DNA of 20,000 nucleotides from an uncultured virus (IMG/VR IMGVR_UViG_3300020599_000006) (lineage: Duplodnaviria; Heunggongvirae; Uroviricota; Caudoviricetes): the IMG/VR virus record IMGVR_UViG_3300020599_000006, one strand, 5' to 3'. Both the position numbers and the translations under genes were made by a program. Of this stretch, positions 1-7,614 are shown one piece after another. Position 1 is the stretch's first letter, and each line of letters opens with the position of its first letter. The notes beneath the pieces are model-generated. The model made no database searches and was not told where the DNA came from. It saw only the letters and a list, made by a program, of their open reading frames with translations.

Positions 1-122
1 CAGTGGCAATCGCTTGCTACTGTTCAAAGGACAAGTTCTGTCACCGACACTTGCTGTGCGGTTACTTTCGAGAACTGTGCTTAGCACGAAACATTCCATT
101 TGAATACAGAGGGGAGCTCTGA
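1..122 (+). CDS. 3' end of a DUF488-like protein (partial, runs off the window start)
   Basis: Frame 3 reads VAIACYCSKDKFCHRHLLCGYFRELCLARNIPFEYRGEL* with TGA at 120-122 overlapping the next ATG. The C-x(6-7)-CHR motif resembles DUF488-family C-termini. Confidence 0.6.
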   Translation, partial: VAIACYCSKDKFCHRHLLCGYFRELCLARNIPFEYRGEL

Positions 123-832
123 TGGGTGAGGTAGTAGAACTCGACGTTTTCCGGGAGAAGAAGAAAGCCGAACAGGACGAAAAGTTCTTGAACAGCCGCA
201 TGCCGGACTTTCTCCGCGAATCTGTAGACAATATCCGTCAAATCGCGGCCACTGCTCCAACGGGGAGTGCGGCGTGCTTTCTTTCCGAAGCATTGGCTGG
301 TGCGTGGGAAGATTGGTACCGTGTACTGCCAGATGTCCAGGATGACCTGTTCCGTGAACATACCCAGCTACTCTTCCAGCCGCTGGTGAATAACGATGCT
401 GAAGTGACGGTTCGGTATGTGTTTGCCTATGGTGACTCGGACGATCCTGATGAGGCCGAGAGCGGGTCTACCTACGAAGCCTGCAAGATCGCTGTAACGC
501 TGGAAAAGAAGAGCGAAGCTTCGGACGAGTTCCGTAACGAGTACCAACCCACTGTCAACCAGATGAGCCAGATAGCACAGCGGGTGGACGAGTTACTCGA
601 GGGCGAACATGCAGGCGCCGGCGGTCTGACCTTTCCCATCTTCAGCATCATCGATCGGTTCGAACGTAAAGGCCTTCAGTACACTGTTCAGCGTACTTGG
701 AAGAAGGACCGAGTGTTTGCCATCCTTCGACACGAAGTGGATAATGACCACGTCATGACCATGACGATCGACATCTTTGCTTCGGCCCTCAAGAACGCTT
801 ACTCCACCCTCCGGGAGCTGCACGGAATATGA
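122..832 (+). CDS. hypothetical phage protein (236 aa)
   Basis: Long ORF with a GGGGAG RBS at 111-116; TGATG overlap with the upstream gene and ATGA overlap with the next. Confidence 0.85.
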   Translation: MGEVVELDVFREKKKAEQDEKFLNSRMPDFLRESVDNIRQIAATAPTGSAACFLSEALAGAWEDWYRVLPDVQDDLFREHTQLLFQPLVNNDAEVTVRYVFAYGDSDDPDEAESGSTYEACKIAVTLEKKSEASDEFRNEYQPTVNQMSQIAQRVDELLEGEHAGAGGLTFPIFSIIDRFERKGLQYTVQRTWKKDRVFAILRHEVDNDHVMTMTIDIFASALKNAYSTLRELHGI

Positions 833-1206
833 ACCTTCAGACTTACCTCCTCGTCAAGACCATCGAGGAGGCTAACGAGCTGAGTCATGCTGGCTGTAAG
901 GCGGTTCTGAACGGCTTGTCTGACATCAACCCGAAAGAGCAGTGTACCTCGCTTCAGCACTTCATCAATGAGTTCAATGACATGTTCGCCATGGCGCAAA
1001 TGCTGCAAGATCATGGTATCGAACTGCCAGGTCTGAAAGACCCCATGGCCATCATGAAAAAGAAACTCAAGGTTTACCGCTACATGCGTGCTCCCATCAA
1101 TAATGGCATCCTCCAGCTTACCCCGAAAGAACTCGATAAGCGCACGTTCGATATGATGACCCTGTCGCAGATTATCGAGGGAAGCCATGATGCTGAACAG
1201 CCCTAA
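829..1206 (+). CDS. MazG-like all-alpha NTP pyrophosphohydrolase-like protein
   Basis: EEANEL...K...G...P...EFNDM matches the EExxE ... ExxD pattern of MazG-like phage proteins; translationally coupled to the upstream gene. Confidence 0.5.
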   Translation: MNLQTYLLVKTIEEANELSHAGCKAVLNGLSDINPKEQCTSLQHFINEFNDMFAMAQMLQDHGIELPGLKDPMAIMKKKLKVYRYMRAPINNGILQLTPKELDKRTFDMMTLSQIIEGSHDAEQP

Positions 1207-1576
1207 ACCCCACCGGGTGCTGCCCGCTTACATCGAGCCCATCAAGGGTCTACGGTTCATTTTCGACTCTCCCATCTATCGGGTGGTCAAGGGTACTGAG
1301 GACGGTGCGTTCTTGATCAAGACACGTTACCCGTCCTCCGAGGCTGAAGAAATCTGGAGTTCAGCTGCCAAAGTGGTACGCTTTCGTCTCATCAACACGC
1401 TCTGTCAGAATGAAGAACTGAAGATTTTCGACTCCGTGAACTTCAACTACTACTTAAAGCACCACATCGAGAAGGTCAGTGGTGACATGGCTCATGTCTT
1501 TGTGATCGAGTGGAAAGGTGACTATCCCTTCGAGGATATCGAATTTACTGCGAGCGATCCCTGGCCTGTCAAATAA
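1187..1576 (+). CDS. hypothetical protein (129 aa)
   Basis: ORF with a GAGGGA RBS, overlapping the previous gene on the same strand. Confidence 0.75.
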   Translation: MMLNSPKPHRVLPAYIEPIKGLRFIFDSPIYRVVKGTEDGAFLIKTRYPSSEAEEIWSSAAKVVRFRLINTLCQNEELKIFDSVNFNYYLKHHIEKVSGDMAHVFVIEWKGDYPFEDIEFTASDPWPVK

Positions 1577-1625
1577 CCCTTTAGGGACGTCCACCCGGTA
1601 TTTTTCTAACGAAGAGGGTAAGTGT

Positions 1626-1829
1626 ATGGAACTTGGCATCGAAAGGAGCGATGTGGTTGATTCCTTGGGTTTTTACCGCAACGCCCAGACTCTCAGAAAA
1701 GTACACTCGGTAAAACGGGTGACGTCAATAATGGCAGAGTTTTACAACCCTCTGCTGCAAGAGCGCGGTTTGGAGCCTGTTACTGAACAGGATGTCCGGC
1801 ACGTTCTGAACGAAACTGCAAACACCTAA
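1626..1829 (+). CDS. hypothetical protein (67 aa, start MELGIERS)
   Basis: In frame with the listed 1518 ORF; GAGGG precedes ATG 1626 and this start avoids overlap with the upstream gene; followed by a hairpin. Confidence 0.65.
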   Translation: MELGIERSDVVDSLGFYRNAQTLRKVHSVKRVTSIMAEFYNPLLQERGLEPVTEQDVRHVLNETANT

Positions 1830-1837
1830 AGGGACTT

Positions 1838-1868
1838 GGGGAGGTTTTGAACCTCCCCGTCTATGCCC
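1838..1868 (+). terminator. hairpin followed by TATGCCC
   Basis: GGGGAGGTT-TTG-AACCTCCCC (1838-1858), then GTC and TATGCCC (1862-1868), just after the stop at 1829. Confidence 0.7.
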
Positions 1869-1906
1869 TTTCACCGCTGGGGCGAAAAGAGCTGACTCCA
1901 CAGATT

Positions 1907-1919
1907 TTCAGTCATACAT
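1907..1919 (+). promoter_or_regulatory. putative phage early promoter motif
   Basis: TTCAGTCATACAT is 12/13 identical to TTCAGTGATACAT at 13268-13280; both lie after a terminator hairpin and before small + strand genes. Confidence 0.5.
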
Positions 1920-1974
1920 GGTTATTCGTGAGACGCCTGGATTAACAGGATAAAAACCACACGGAGACGCCATT

Positions 1975-2175
1975 ATGAAACTGATTCATCTGCGCATTAA
2001 CAACAACTTCAAAGAGTTGCTTGCCGCAGGTCTGGAACGGTCGGTGGCAGTGGCCATCGCTGTCCGGATGAGAATGCGGGTGATCCTGAACGTTGCTGTT
2101 GCTGACACCGGAGTGACCGTTTCGTACTACGAAGACCGTGCTGAAAAGCGGACGGTTTTCAAGTTCGAAGCCTAA
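1975..2175 (+). CDS. hypothetical protein (66 aa)
   Basis: GGAGA RBS upstream; first ORF after the putative promoter. Confidence 0.75.
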   Translation: MKLIHLRINNNFKELLAAGLERSVAVAIAVRMRMRVILNVAVADTGVTVSYYEDRAEKRTVFKFEA

Positions 2176-2301
2176 GCTTATTCAACCTGACTTACCACTC
2201 TCATAAAGCCGTTGAGGTATAAGTTGGCTAACCCTAACCCTTAGTTAGCCTCACCGATGATCACATATCGGATGGGGCACTGTAATCCTGGAGACCATCG
2301 C

Positions 2302-2454
2302 ATGGCGACCAGATGTTCCCCTAAGATAGCGCTTTGGAAGAAGCGTGTAAAAGAAGAGCTGGCAAAGACTCAGCCGGATCAAGACACGATCATCGGACTC
2401 CTTGAAGAGGCCCTGCGGCTTCGACATGAGAGATGTAAGTCTGGAAAGTTCTGA
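2302..2454 (+). CDS. small hypothetical protein (50 aa, start MATRCSPK)
   Basis: GGAGA at 2290-2294 precedes ATG 2302, which is in frame with the listed 2257 ORF. Confidence 0.6.
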   Translation: MATRCSPKIALWKKRVKEELAKTQPDQDTIIGLLEEALRLRHERCKSGKF

Positions 2455-2467
2455 CGGAGACTAAATC

Positions 2468-2779
2468 ATGCAAGACCTGATCGACGCCCTCCGGCAACTC
2501 GACTACTCGTCGATTCCGGACAACTACAACGCCAACCTGAACGATCCCCACAGTGCGATCGACCACGTGGACGGTGGACGTATCCTGCTCGACCGTATTG
2601 ACGAGCTGGCTAGCGAACACCTGGTCTACAATGAAGGTCGCCTGCAAGGTCGTCCTGACCAGTACAACCAAGAGGTCCTCAGAGATGAAGGCTTCACGGT
2701 GACTGAACTGGGTGACAACCGAGGTGGGATGTTCCGTGGAGTCATCCACACCAGGAAAGGTAAGATTGTCTTCGGATGA
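2468..2779 (+). CDS. hypothetical protein (103 aa)
   Basis: GGAGA RBS, C-ending codon bias, followed by a terminator. Confidence 0.85.
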   Translation: MQDLIDALRQLDYSSIPDNYNANLNDPHSAIDHVDGGRILLDRIDELASEHLVYNEGRLQGRPDQYNQEVLRDEGFTVTELGDNRGGMFRGVIHTRKGKIVFG

Positions 2780-2786
2780 TCGTGAC

Positions 2787-2831
2787 TGCCCTCCCCGCTC
2801 TTGGGGAGGGCAAGATACCTTTTCTTTTTTT
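2787..2831 (+). terminator. intrinsic terminator
   Basis: TGCCCTCCCC-GCTCTT-GGGGAGGGCA 10-bp stem, then a T-rich tract at 2820-2831. Confidence 0.7.
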
Positions 2832-2859
2832 GGGTGAATAAAGATGATGAACACAGAGA

Positions 2860-2900
2860 CGGCATAAAGGCCCAGGGTTATCCCCTGGGCCTTTATGCCG
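2860..2900. terminator. bidirectional terminator-like 18-bp inverted repeat with TATGCCG on both strands
   Basis: CGGCATAAAGGCCCAGGG-TTATC-CCCTGGGCCTTTATGCCG at the convergence of the + and - gene blocks. Confidence 0.8.
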
Positions 2901-2901
2901 C

Positions 2902-3360
2902 TTAGGCAACGAGTTGCAACTGGATATCTTCAACAACCGCCATTGGTGTCCAGTCAACCTTCTTCTCGGAGAAGTGGGCATTACCGCCGACTCGCACACC
3001 CGCGTAGAACATCCAAGCACGCCAGCGGGCTACGCCCTCTGCCCTGAGCGCTCGGTAGAGGACTTGATCAGCCTCCTTACGAGTGGGGTAGTAGATGCTA
3101 CCGTCGGCCTTACGGATGCCGTAACCCGAGTAAAGCCAATCGTGGATGGTTGCCGACTTGTCGCCGTAATCGGCCAGCAGGGCGTAGAAGATGAACAGCA
3201 GGATGTTGCGCAGGCTATCGAGACTGGCGTAGTTGGTGATGAAGGTGGCTTGTGCCTCAATCAGACCGTGAACGCTGTCCAGATAGCCCAGGGTTTTGTT
3301 CAGCTGGAATGTCCGACGATCAACCTCGGTCGTGCTCAGCTGTGTGAACGATTTAGACAT
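2902..3360 (-). CDS. DUF1353-family protein
   Basis: Motifs FITNYAS, ATIHDWLY, RKEADQVL...GVARWRAWMFYAGVRVGG are typical of DUF1353, often found next to tail-fibre genes; GGAG RBS. Confidence 0.75.
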   Translation of the reverse strand: MSKSFTQLSTTEVDRRTFQLNKTLGYLDSVHGLIEAQATFITNYASLDSLRNILLFIFYALLADYGDKSATIHDWLYSGYGIRKADGSIYYPTRKEADQVLYRALRAEGVARWRAWMFYAGVRVGGNAHFSEKKVDWTPMAVVEDIQLQLVA

Positions 3361-3373
3361 GGCATCTCCCTGA

Positions 3374-4003
3374 TTATTCCGTTTCCGGTGTAGTGACAGT
3401 GGGTTGTTCTGGCAGGGTTAAGGTGAAGTCCCAGGTTACGTCCAGGATGTCTTCCACCTCACCGGCTTCCAGCGCCAGGTAGAGGTCTTGTTCAGCCTTG
3501 TGCCGTCGGGCCGTCAGAGACGCAATCGCAGGGCTGTAGATGGCGTCGTTGTTGAGGATCCTGGACACCAGATCAGCTAGGCCATTACCTACACCAACGG
3601 CGTCCCTGGCAGCTGACAGGTCGCTCAGGAAAGGCGTGAGCGGAGCATCGCCAACGCTGCCGCCAGTCACCCAATCTTGGTAGCTCTTGGCTTCCGCCAA
3701 TTGCACGGGCCAAGTGGATGTTTCTGCTTGTGGATAGGTATCGCGTAGCTGACTCACCGCCATCTCATAATCCATGTTCAGACGTTGAATCTGGCCACGG
3801 AATGCCTCGGACTTCGTGGGCGCTGCTGGAGTAGGTGCCGGTACGAAGATTGGTTGTCCATTCTCATCTGCACCCAGGGAGGAACCTGGGTTCGTTGAGA
3901 GTTGATCCAGGAGTTGGTTGTGCACCTCGTCACTGACCTCAACACAATCTTCCCAAACGGGCGTACTGGCGAATGCTTTTTGTGATGCGGAGAAGAAAGG
4001 CAT
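3374..4003 (-). CDS. tail fibre assembly chaperone-like protein (Tfa-like)
   Basis: N-terminus FFSAS..AF...EDCVEVSDEVHNQLL...GADENGQP and YPQAETSTWPVQLAEA resemble tail fibre assembly proteins; lies directly downstream of the fibre and tip genes. Confidence 0.7.
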   Translation of the reverse strand: MPFFSASQKAFASTPVWEDCVEVSDEVHNQLLDQLSTNPGSSLGADENGQPIFVPAPTPAAPTKSEAFRGQIQRLNMDYEMAVSQLRDTYPQAETSTWPVQLAEAKSYQDWVTGGSVGDAPLTPFLSDLSAARDAVGVGNGLADLVSRILNNDAIYSPAIASLTARRHKAEQDLYLALEAGEVEDILDVTWDFTLTLPEQPTVTTPETE

Positions 4004-4015
4004 GCTTACTCCCGT

Positions 4016-4534
4016 TTAGAAATAAAGGTTGTAGGTACCCGAAACTGGCAGTTGTGCAGCGAATTTGTACGTGTAAACAGTGACGTTGTAGGGACTGGCA
4101 GTGTACTGGCCGTTACGGATGATCCCAATGGAGGTTTGTCCATTCCAAGTGATCTTAGGAATATCCATCCCTGACTGATTGCCATTGAAATAGACGTCAA
4201 ACCACAGACGTGCCCCAGTGCCATCAGTGGCAGCTGGTTCGCCCGTCTGCATGTTGGCAACTAACATCCCAGTGGTCAGGTACTTGTTGGACATGGCACC
4301 TATAACAGAGCTGCCGTCAGTGTTATTCTGAGCACCGTAGTAGGGGCCAGTGCCGACGAACATGAACGATTGAAGGGTGATGTTCGAGTTAAACAGCAAG
4401 TCTTTCTTCCTGAAGAACCTACGCCAGGTACCGCCGACGTTAACCCAAGCCTGCGTCGACTTTTTCCATGCCCCACCGACCCTGACCCATAAATCCACGG
4501 GGGCTTTCCATGCCCCACCGACTCGCGCTTGCAT
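4016..4534 (-). CDS. tail fibre tip / adhesin-like protein with N-terminal VGGAWK repeats
   Basis: Three (R/N)VGG(A/T)W(K/R) repeats followed by a beta-rich domain; GGAGG RBS; follows the fibre gene ending in GDIWIQYS. Confidence 0.65.
   Translation of the reverse strand: MQARVGGAWKAPVDLWVRVGGAWKKSTQAWVNVGGTWRRFFRKKDLLFNSNITLQSFMFVGTGPYYGAQNNTDGSSVIGAMSNKYLTTGMLVANMQTGEPAATDGTGARLWFDVYFNGNQSGMDIPKITWNGQTSIGIIRNGQYTASPYNVTVYTYKFAAQLPVSGTYNLYF
4463..4522. repeat. exact 18-nt direct repeat
   Basis: TTTCCATGCCCCACCGAC at 4463-4480 and 4505-4522; encodes VGGAWK on the - strand. Confidence 0.9.
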
Positions 4535-4549
4535 GGGAGCCTCCTATCC

Positions 4550-6106
4550 TTAACTGTACTGAATCCAGATATCCCCATCCGCACCACCCGATGGTGCAGC
4601 CGTACTGATCGTGACGTTACGCGTGGCCATAGAGCCAATGCCCAGACCAGAACGAGCCGTGGCCTGATCAGTACCCCCAGTACCGCCCCGCGCTACCGGG
4701 ATCGAACCACTGGTGATCTTACCGGCATCCAGATTAGGGATATCACTTGCTGCCAGACCAGCTCCGGCGGTAACGATACCCTTGGCGTTGACTGTGACTT
4801 TTCCATAGGTACCTGCGGTTACACCGCTATTGACCAGAGTCAGGGCAGCTGACGCATTGGCAGAACCGTCAAAGCTCATACTGCCGGTGGCGTCGCCGGT
4901 GAGGCTCAGGGTTCGTGCCGTGGCCAATTTTACCGCTGCAACAGCCGTGGCGCCACTGGCCAACTTACCCGCTAATGCGGTGTCCAACCCATTGACTTGA
5001 CTGGTTTCGATGTTCGGAATATCGGCCGGTGCCAAAGCAGCCCCACCTGTGACCAAACCCTTAGCGTTTACAGTGACCTTCCCGTACGTACCCGCTGTGA
5101 CACCGGAGGCTGCTAAGGTTAATACACCAGAGGCGTTTGCAGTGCCATCGAAGCTCATACTCGCAGTGCCATCACCAGTAAGGTTCAGGGTGCGAGAGGT
5201 GGCCAGCTTGGTAGCGGCTGCTGCCGTCGCAGTGGCATCGAGTTTACTCGATTGCAGCGCCGTGATCTGAGCTTGTAGTTTACCCAAAGCAGCCAGCAGA
5301 GTGTCTGTCGCAACCACAGCCGTCGAAACCGCGAAACTGATTCCCGTCAGTACACTCCCACGAACTGTAGTGGCAAAGTCAACCCAGCTCTTTACGCCAG
5401 ACCAGAATTGAGCGGAGGTCCCGGCGGCGATGGCAGGTTCTTTGGTACTATCCGCAATCGTGATGTTTGCAGTACCGTTGAATGATACACCGTTGATCGT
5501 ACGGGCAGTAGCCAGTTTAGTGGCTGTGTCCGCATTACCGGCAGTCGCTGCTTTGCCAGCGAGTGCTTGAGCGATAACTTGTGCTAGCGTAAAACCTTGG
5601 AACAGTGAGGTATCAGCGGCGATACCCGTTTTGTCCAGTTTGTTGTCGAGCGATGACAGTAACGCAGCGATGGTGTCATCGTCCTCTGCCAACTTGTCGG
5701 CGATTTCCTTCAGCGTATCGAGCGCCGTAGGTGCACCGTTGACCAGCGCGGTGACAGCCTCATTGACCATTTGCTTGGTACGCACGACAGTCATGTATTT
5801 GTCGCTGGCGGTGCCGGTGGTTACATCCTGGGTGCTGGCGATGTCGTAGTTCTGCACATTGCTCAGCCCAACGGTAGTCTTGGTGACCATCGCCACGATG
5901 TCGTTAACCGTTTTGTCTTGCAGCAGCAGTGCATTGTCCGCAGTGCCAGCTTCACTGGCTTTACCTGCCAGTGCTTGAGTAATCACTTCGTCGAGGGTCT
6001 TACCCTCCAGTTTTAACGCATTGGGGTTGACGACGACTTCGGAGACGGCCTGCCCCAGGTTGCCGATTGCCGCTAGCAGTCTTTCCAAGGAAGTGGGTTC
6101 GGGCAT
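4550..6106 (-). CDS. tail fibre protein (518 aa)
   Basis: Fibre motifs LVNGAPTALDTLKEIA, KLATARTINGVSFNGTANIT, two SGVTAGTYGKVTVNAKG units 93 aa apart, and C-terminal TISTAAPSGGADGDIWIQYS. Confidence 0.9.
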   Translation of the reverse strand: MPEPTSLERLLAAIGNLGQAVSEVVVNPNALKLEGKTLDEVITQALAGKASEAGTADNALLLQDKTVNDIVAMVTKTTVGLSNVQNYDIASTQDVTTGTASDKYMTVVRTKQMVNEAVTALVNGAPTALDTLKEIADKLAEDDDTIAALLSSLDNKLDKTGIAADTSLFQGFTLAQVIAQALAGKAATAGNADTATKLATARTINGVSFNGTANITIADSTKEPAIAAGTSAQFWSGVKSWVDFATTVRGSVLTGISFAVSTAVVATDTLLAALGKLQAQITALQSSKLDATATAAAATKLATSRTLNLTGDGTASMSFDGTANASGVLTLAASGVTAGTYGKVTVNAKGLVTGGAALAPADIPNIETSQVNGLDTALAGKLASGATAVAAVKLATARTLSLTGDATGSMSFDGSANASAALTLVNSGVTAGTYGKVTVNAKGIVTAGAGLAASDIPNLDAGKITSGSIPVARGGTGGTDQATARSGLGIGSMATRNVTISTAAPSGGADGDIWIQYS

Positions 6107-6121
6107 GGTTTCGTTCTCTTA

Positions 6122-6159
6122 AGTTAGAAGAGCCCTCCCCAGCCTAAACCAGGAAGGGC
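6122..6159 (-). terminator. terminator-like hairpin between fibre genes
   Basis: The - strand reads GCCCTTCCTGG-TTTAGG-CTGGGGAGGGC-TCTTCT; the stem needs G-U pairs that work on the - strand. Confidence 0.45.
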
Positions 6160-6195
6160 GATATTACTTGGATAACCTCATGTTACCGACGCGCT

Positions 6196-6861
6196 CTATT
6201 CGAGCGTGAAACTGACATCAGTAGTAGCACCGTTAGCAGGCAGACCTGTGTCGTCACCTGAGATGAGCCATGCAGTTACATCGGGGTCACCCAGGTACCC
6301 TATTGCTTGACTGGTTGCCAGTGTGACACCGTTAATGGTAATCGAGGGTACATTGTACTGCTCCTGATTACCCGCCAGCAGCAAATAGAGACTGGCTATG
6401 CCACCGCTCACCGACCATGTGATGACGACCACTTCGATGCCATTGACAGTGTTGGGGGTGAGGCTACCAAAAGGTGCACCACTGACGAAGGAAGATCCAG
6501 CTGCCGCAGCATAGCCGATCATGCCGTCGCCTGGCTGAGCACCTATCACCATGCTACCACTGTAGGCATTGTTGACAGGCGGATCTCCGCCGTCATTCGT
6601 AAGGGTGTCCACCATGTCCTGAATAGCGGCGGTCAGCTGATCCAGGACATCCCCTACTCCAGCAGGGGTGATGAACTTATCAGTGATAGCACCTTCCGTG
6701 GACTCTTCACTGGAGGCGGTCAGATCGACCTGGGTTTTACCTGCCAGTTTGGCAGTGTCCACCGCTTGTTCTGTTTTCCCCAGCTTATCAGCCAGCTTCC
6801 CTGCCACCGCTTGACCGAACTGCTGGAACTTCGATGCCAGTTCAGGCAGATTTATCGTCAT
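6196..6861 (-). CDS. short tail-fibre-associated protein (fibre repeat plus C-terminal beta domain)
   Basis: KLGKTEQAVDTAKLAGKTQVDLTAS...KFITPAG is shared with the 6918 and 7615 genes; a GGAG RBS favours the start at 6861 (MTINL). Confidence 0.75.
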   Translation of the reverse strand: MTINLPELASKFQQFGQAVAGKLADKLGKTEQAVDTAKLAGKTQVDLTASSEESTEGAITDKFITPAGVGDVLDQLTAAIQDMVDTLTNDGGDPPVNNAYSGSMVIGAQPGDGMIGYAAAAGSSFVSGAPFGSLTPNTVNGIEVVVITWSVSGGIASLYLLLAGNQEQYNVPSITINGVTLATSQAIGYLGDPDVTAWLISGDDTGLPANGATTDVSFTLE

Positions 6862-6879
6862 GTTTAGCTCCATGATAGC

Positions 6880-6917
6880 AAGAAAGGGGAGGGCTTAGCC
6901 CTCCCCGCTCTATGCCG
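6880..6917. terminator. hairpin with flanking TATGCCG
   Basis: GGGGAGGGC-TTA-GCCCTCCCC (6886-6906); the - strand has TTTCTT after the stem, the + strand has TATGCCG at 6911-6917. Confidence 0.7.
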
Positions 6918-7559
6918 TTAGGACAGCGACCCGGTGTACTTGAGTTCTACTGCCACGTTGCCGCTGGTGGGTACGGAACTGAGGTCGCTGAAGGTGAACA
7001 CGATCTTGGTGTCCGTGCCGTCCAGGGTGGCAGTGACCGATGTGCTCAGTTGACCGCCCAGTTTCAGCGATAGCCATTCGACCGCGGTCAGATCTGTTTC
7101 GTAGAACCAGATCTCGGCCGTGTTACCCAGCGACCAGGTCAGTTCGTCGACCGTGTGACTTCCCACTGCCCCAGGCGTCAGGGTACCACGGTCGTCCTTT
7201 TCGTAACCATAGGTGGCAAACCCGCCCTGCTCGCCGAAGCTCCCCGGAACCAGGGTGCCGGTCCAGGTGGTGCCACCGTCACCGCTACCAGTGATAGCAG
7301 CGATGGCATCTTCGAACGCTGTGGTCAGTTGGTCCAGGGTGTCACCCAGTCCTGCTGGTGTCACGAACTTGTCCGTGACGGTACCGGCACCGGTTTCTTC
7401 GTTGCTGGCCGTCAAGTCAGCCTGTGACTTACCGCCGAGCTTGGCAGCATCGGCCGCCTGTTCTTCCTTACCAAGCTTGTCGTTGAGCTTAGTGACGATG
7501 TTCTGACTGAATTCACCGAACTTCGTCGCCATCTCCGACAGTTTTTGCGCAATGGACAT
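6918..7559 (-). CDS. short tail-fibre-associated protein, paralog of 6196-6861
   Basis: KLGKEEQAADAAKLGGKSQADLTAS...KFVTPAGLGDTLDQLT; a GGAG RBS favours the start at 7559 (MSIAQK). Confidence 0.75.
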   Translation of the reverse strand: MSIAQKLSEMATKFGEFSQNIVTKLNDKLGKEEQAADAAKLGGKSQADLTASNEETGAGTVTDKFVTPAGLGDTLDQLTTAFEDAIAAITGSGDGGTTWTGTLVPGSFGEQGGFATYGYEKDDRGTLTPGAVGSHTVDELTWSLGNTAEIWFYETDLTAVEWLSLKLGGQLSTSVTATLDGTDTKIVFTFSDLSSVPTSGNVAVELKYTGSLS

Positions 7560-7581
7560 GACTTTCTCCATTTAAAACTGA

Positions 7582-7601
7582 GGTCAGGGACATCCCTGAC
7601 C
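7582..7601. promoter_or_regulatory. intergenic hairpin (terminator or processing/stability element)
   Basis: GGTCAGGGA-CA-TCCCTGACC inverted repeat between the 7615 stop and the next RBS. Confidence 0.45.
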
Positions 7602-7614
7602 CCATGGGGGATGG

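Noticed and set aside
2228..2243. CTAACCCTAACCCTTA, resembling telomeric repeats
   Set aside because: Only about two units, within a hairpin arm and loop; most likely chance.
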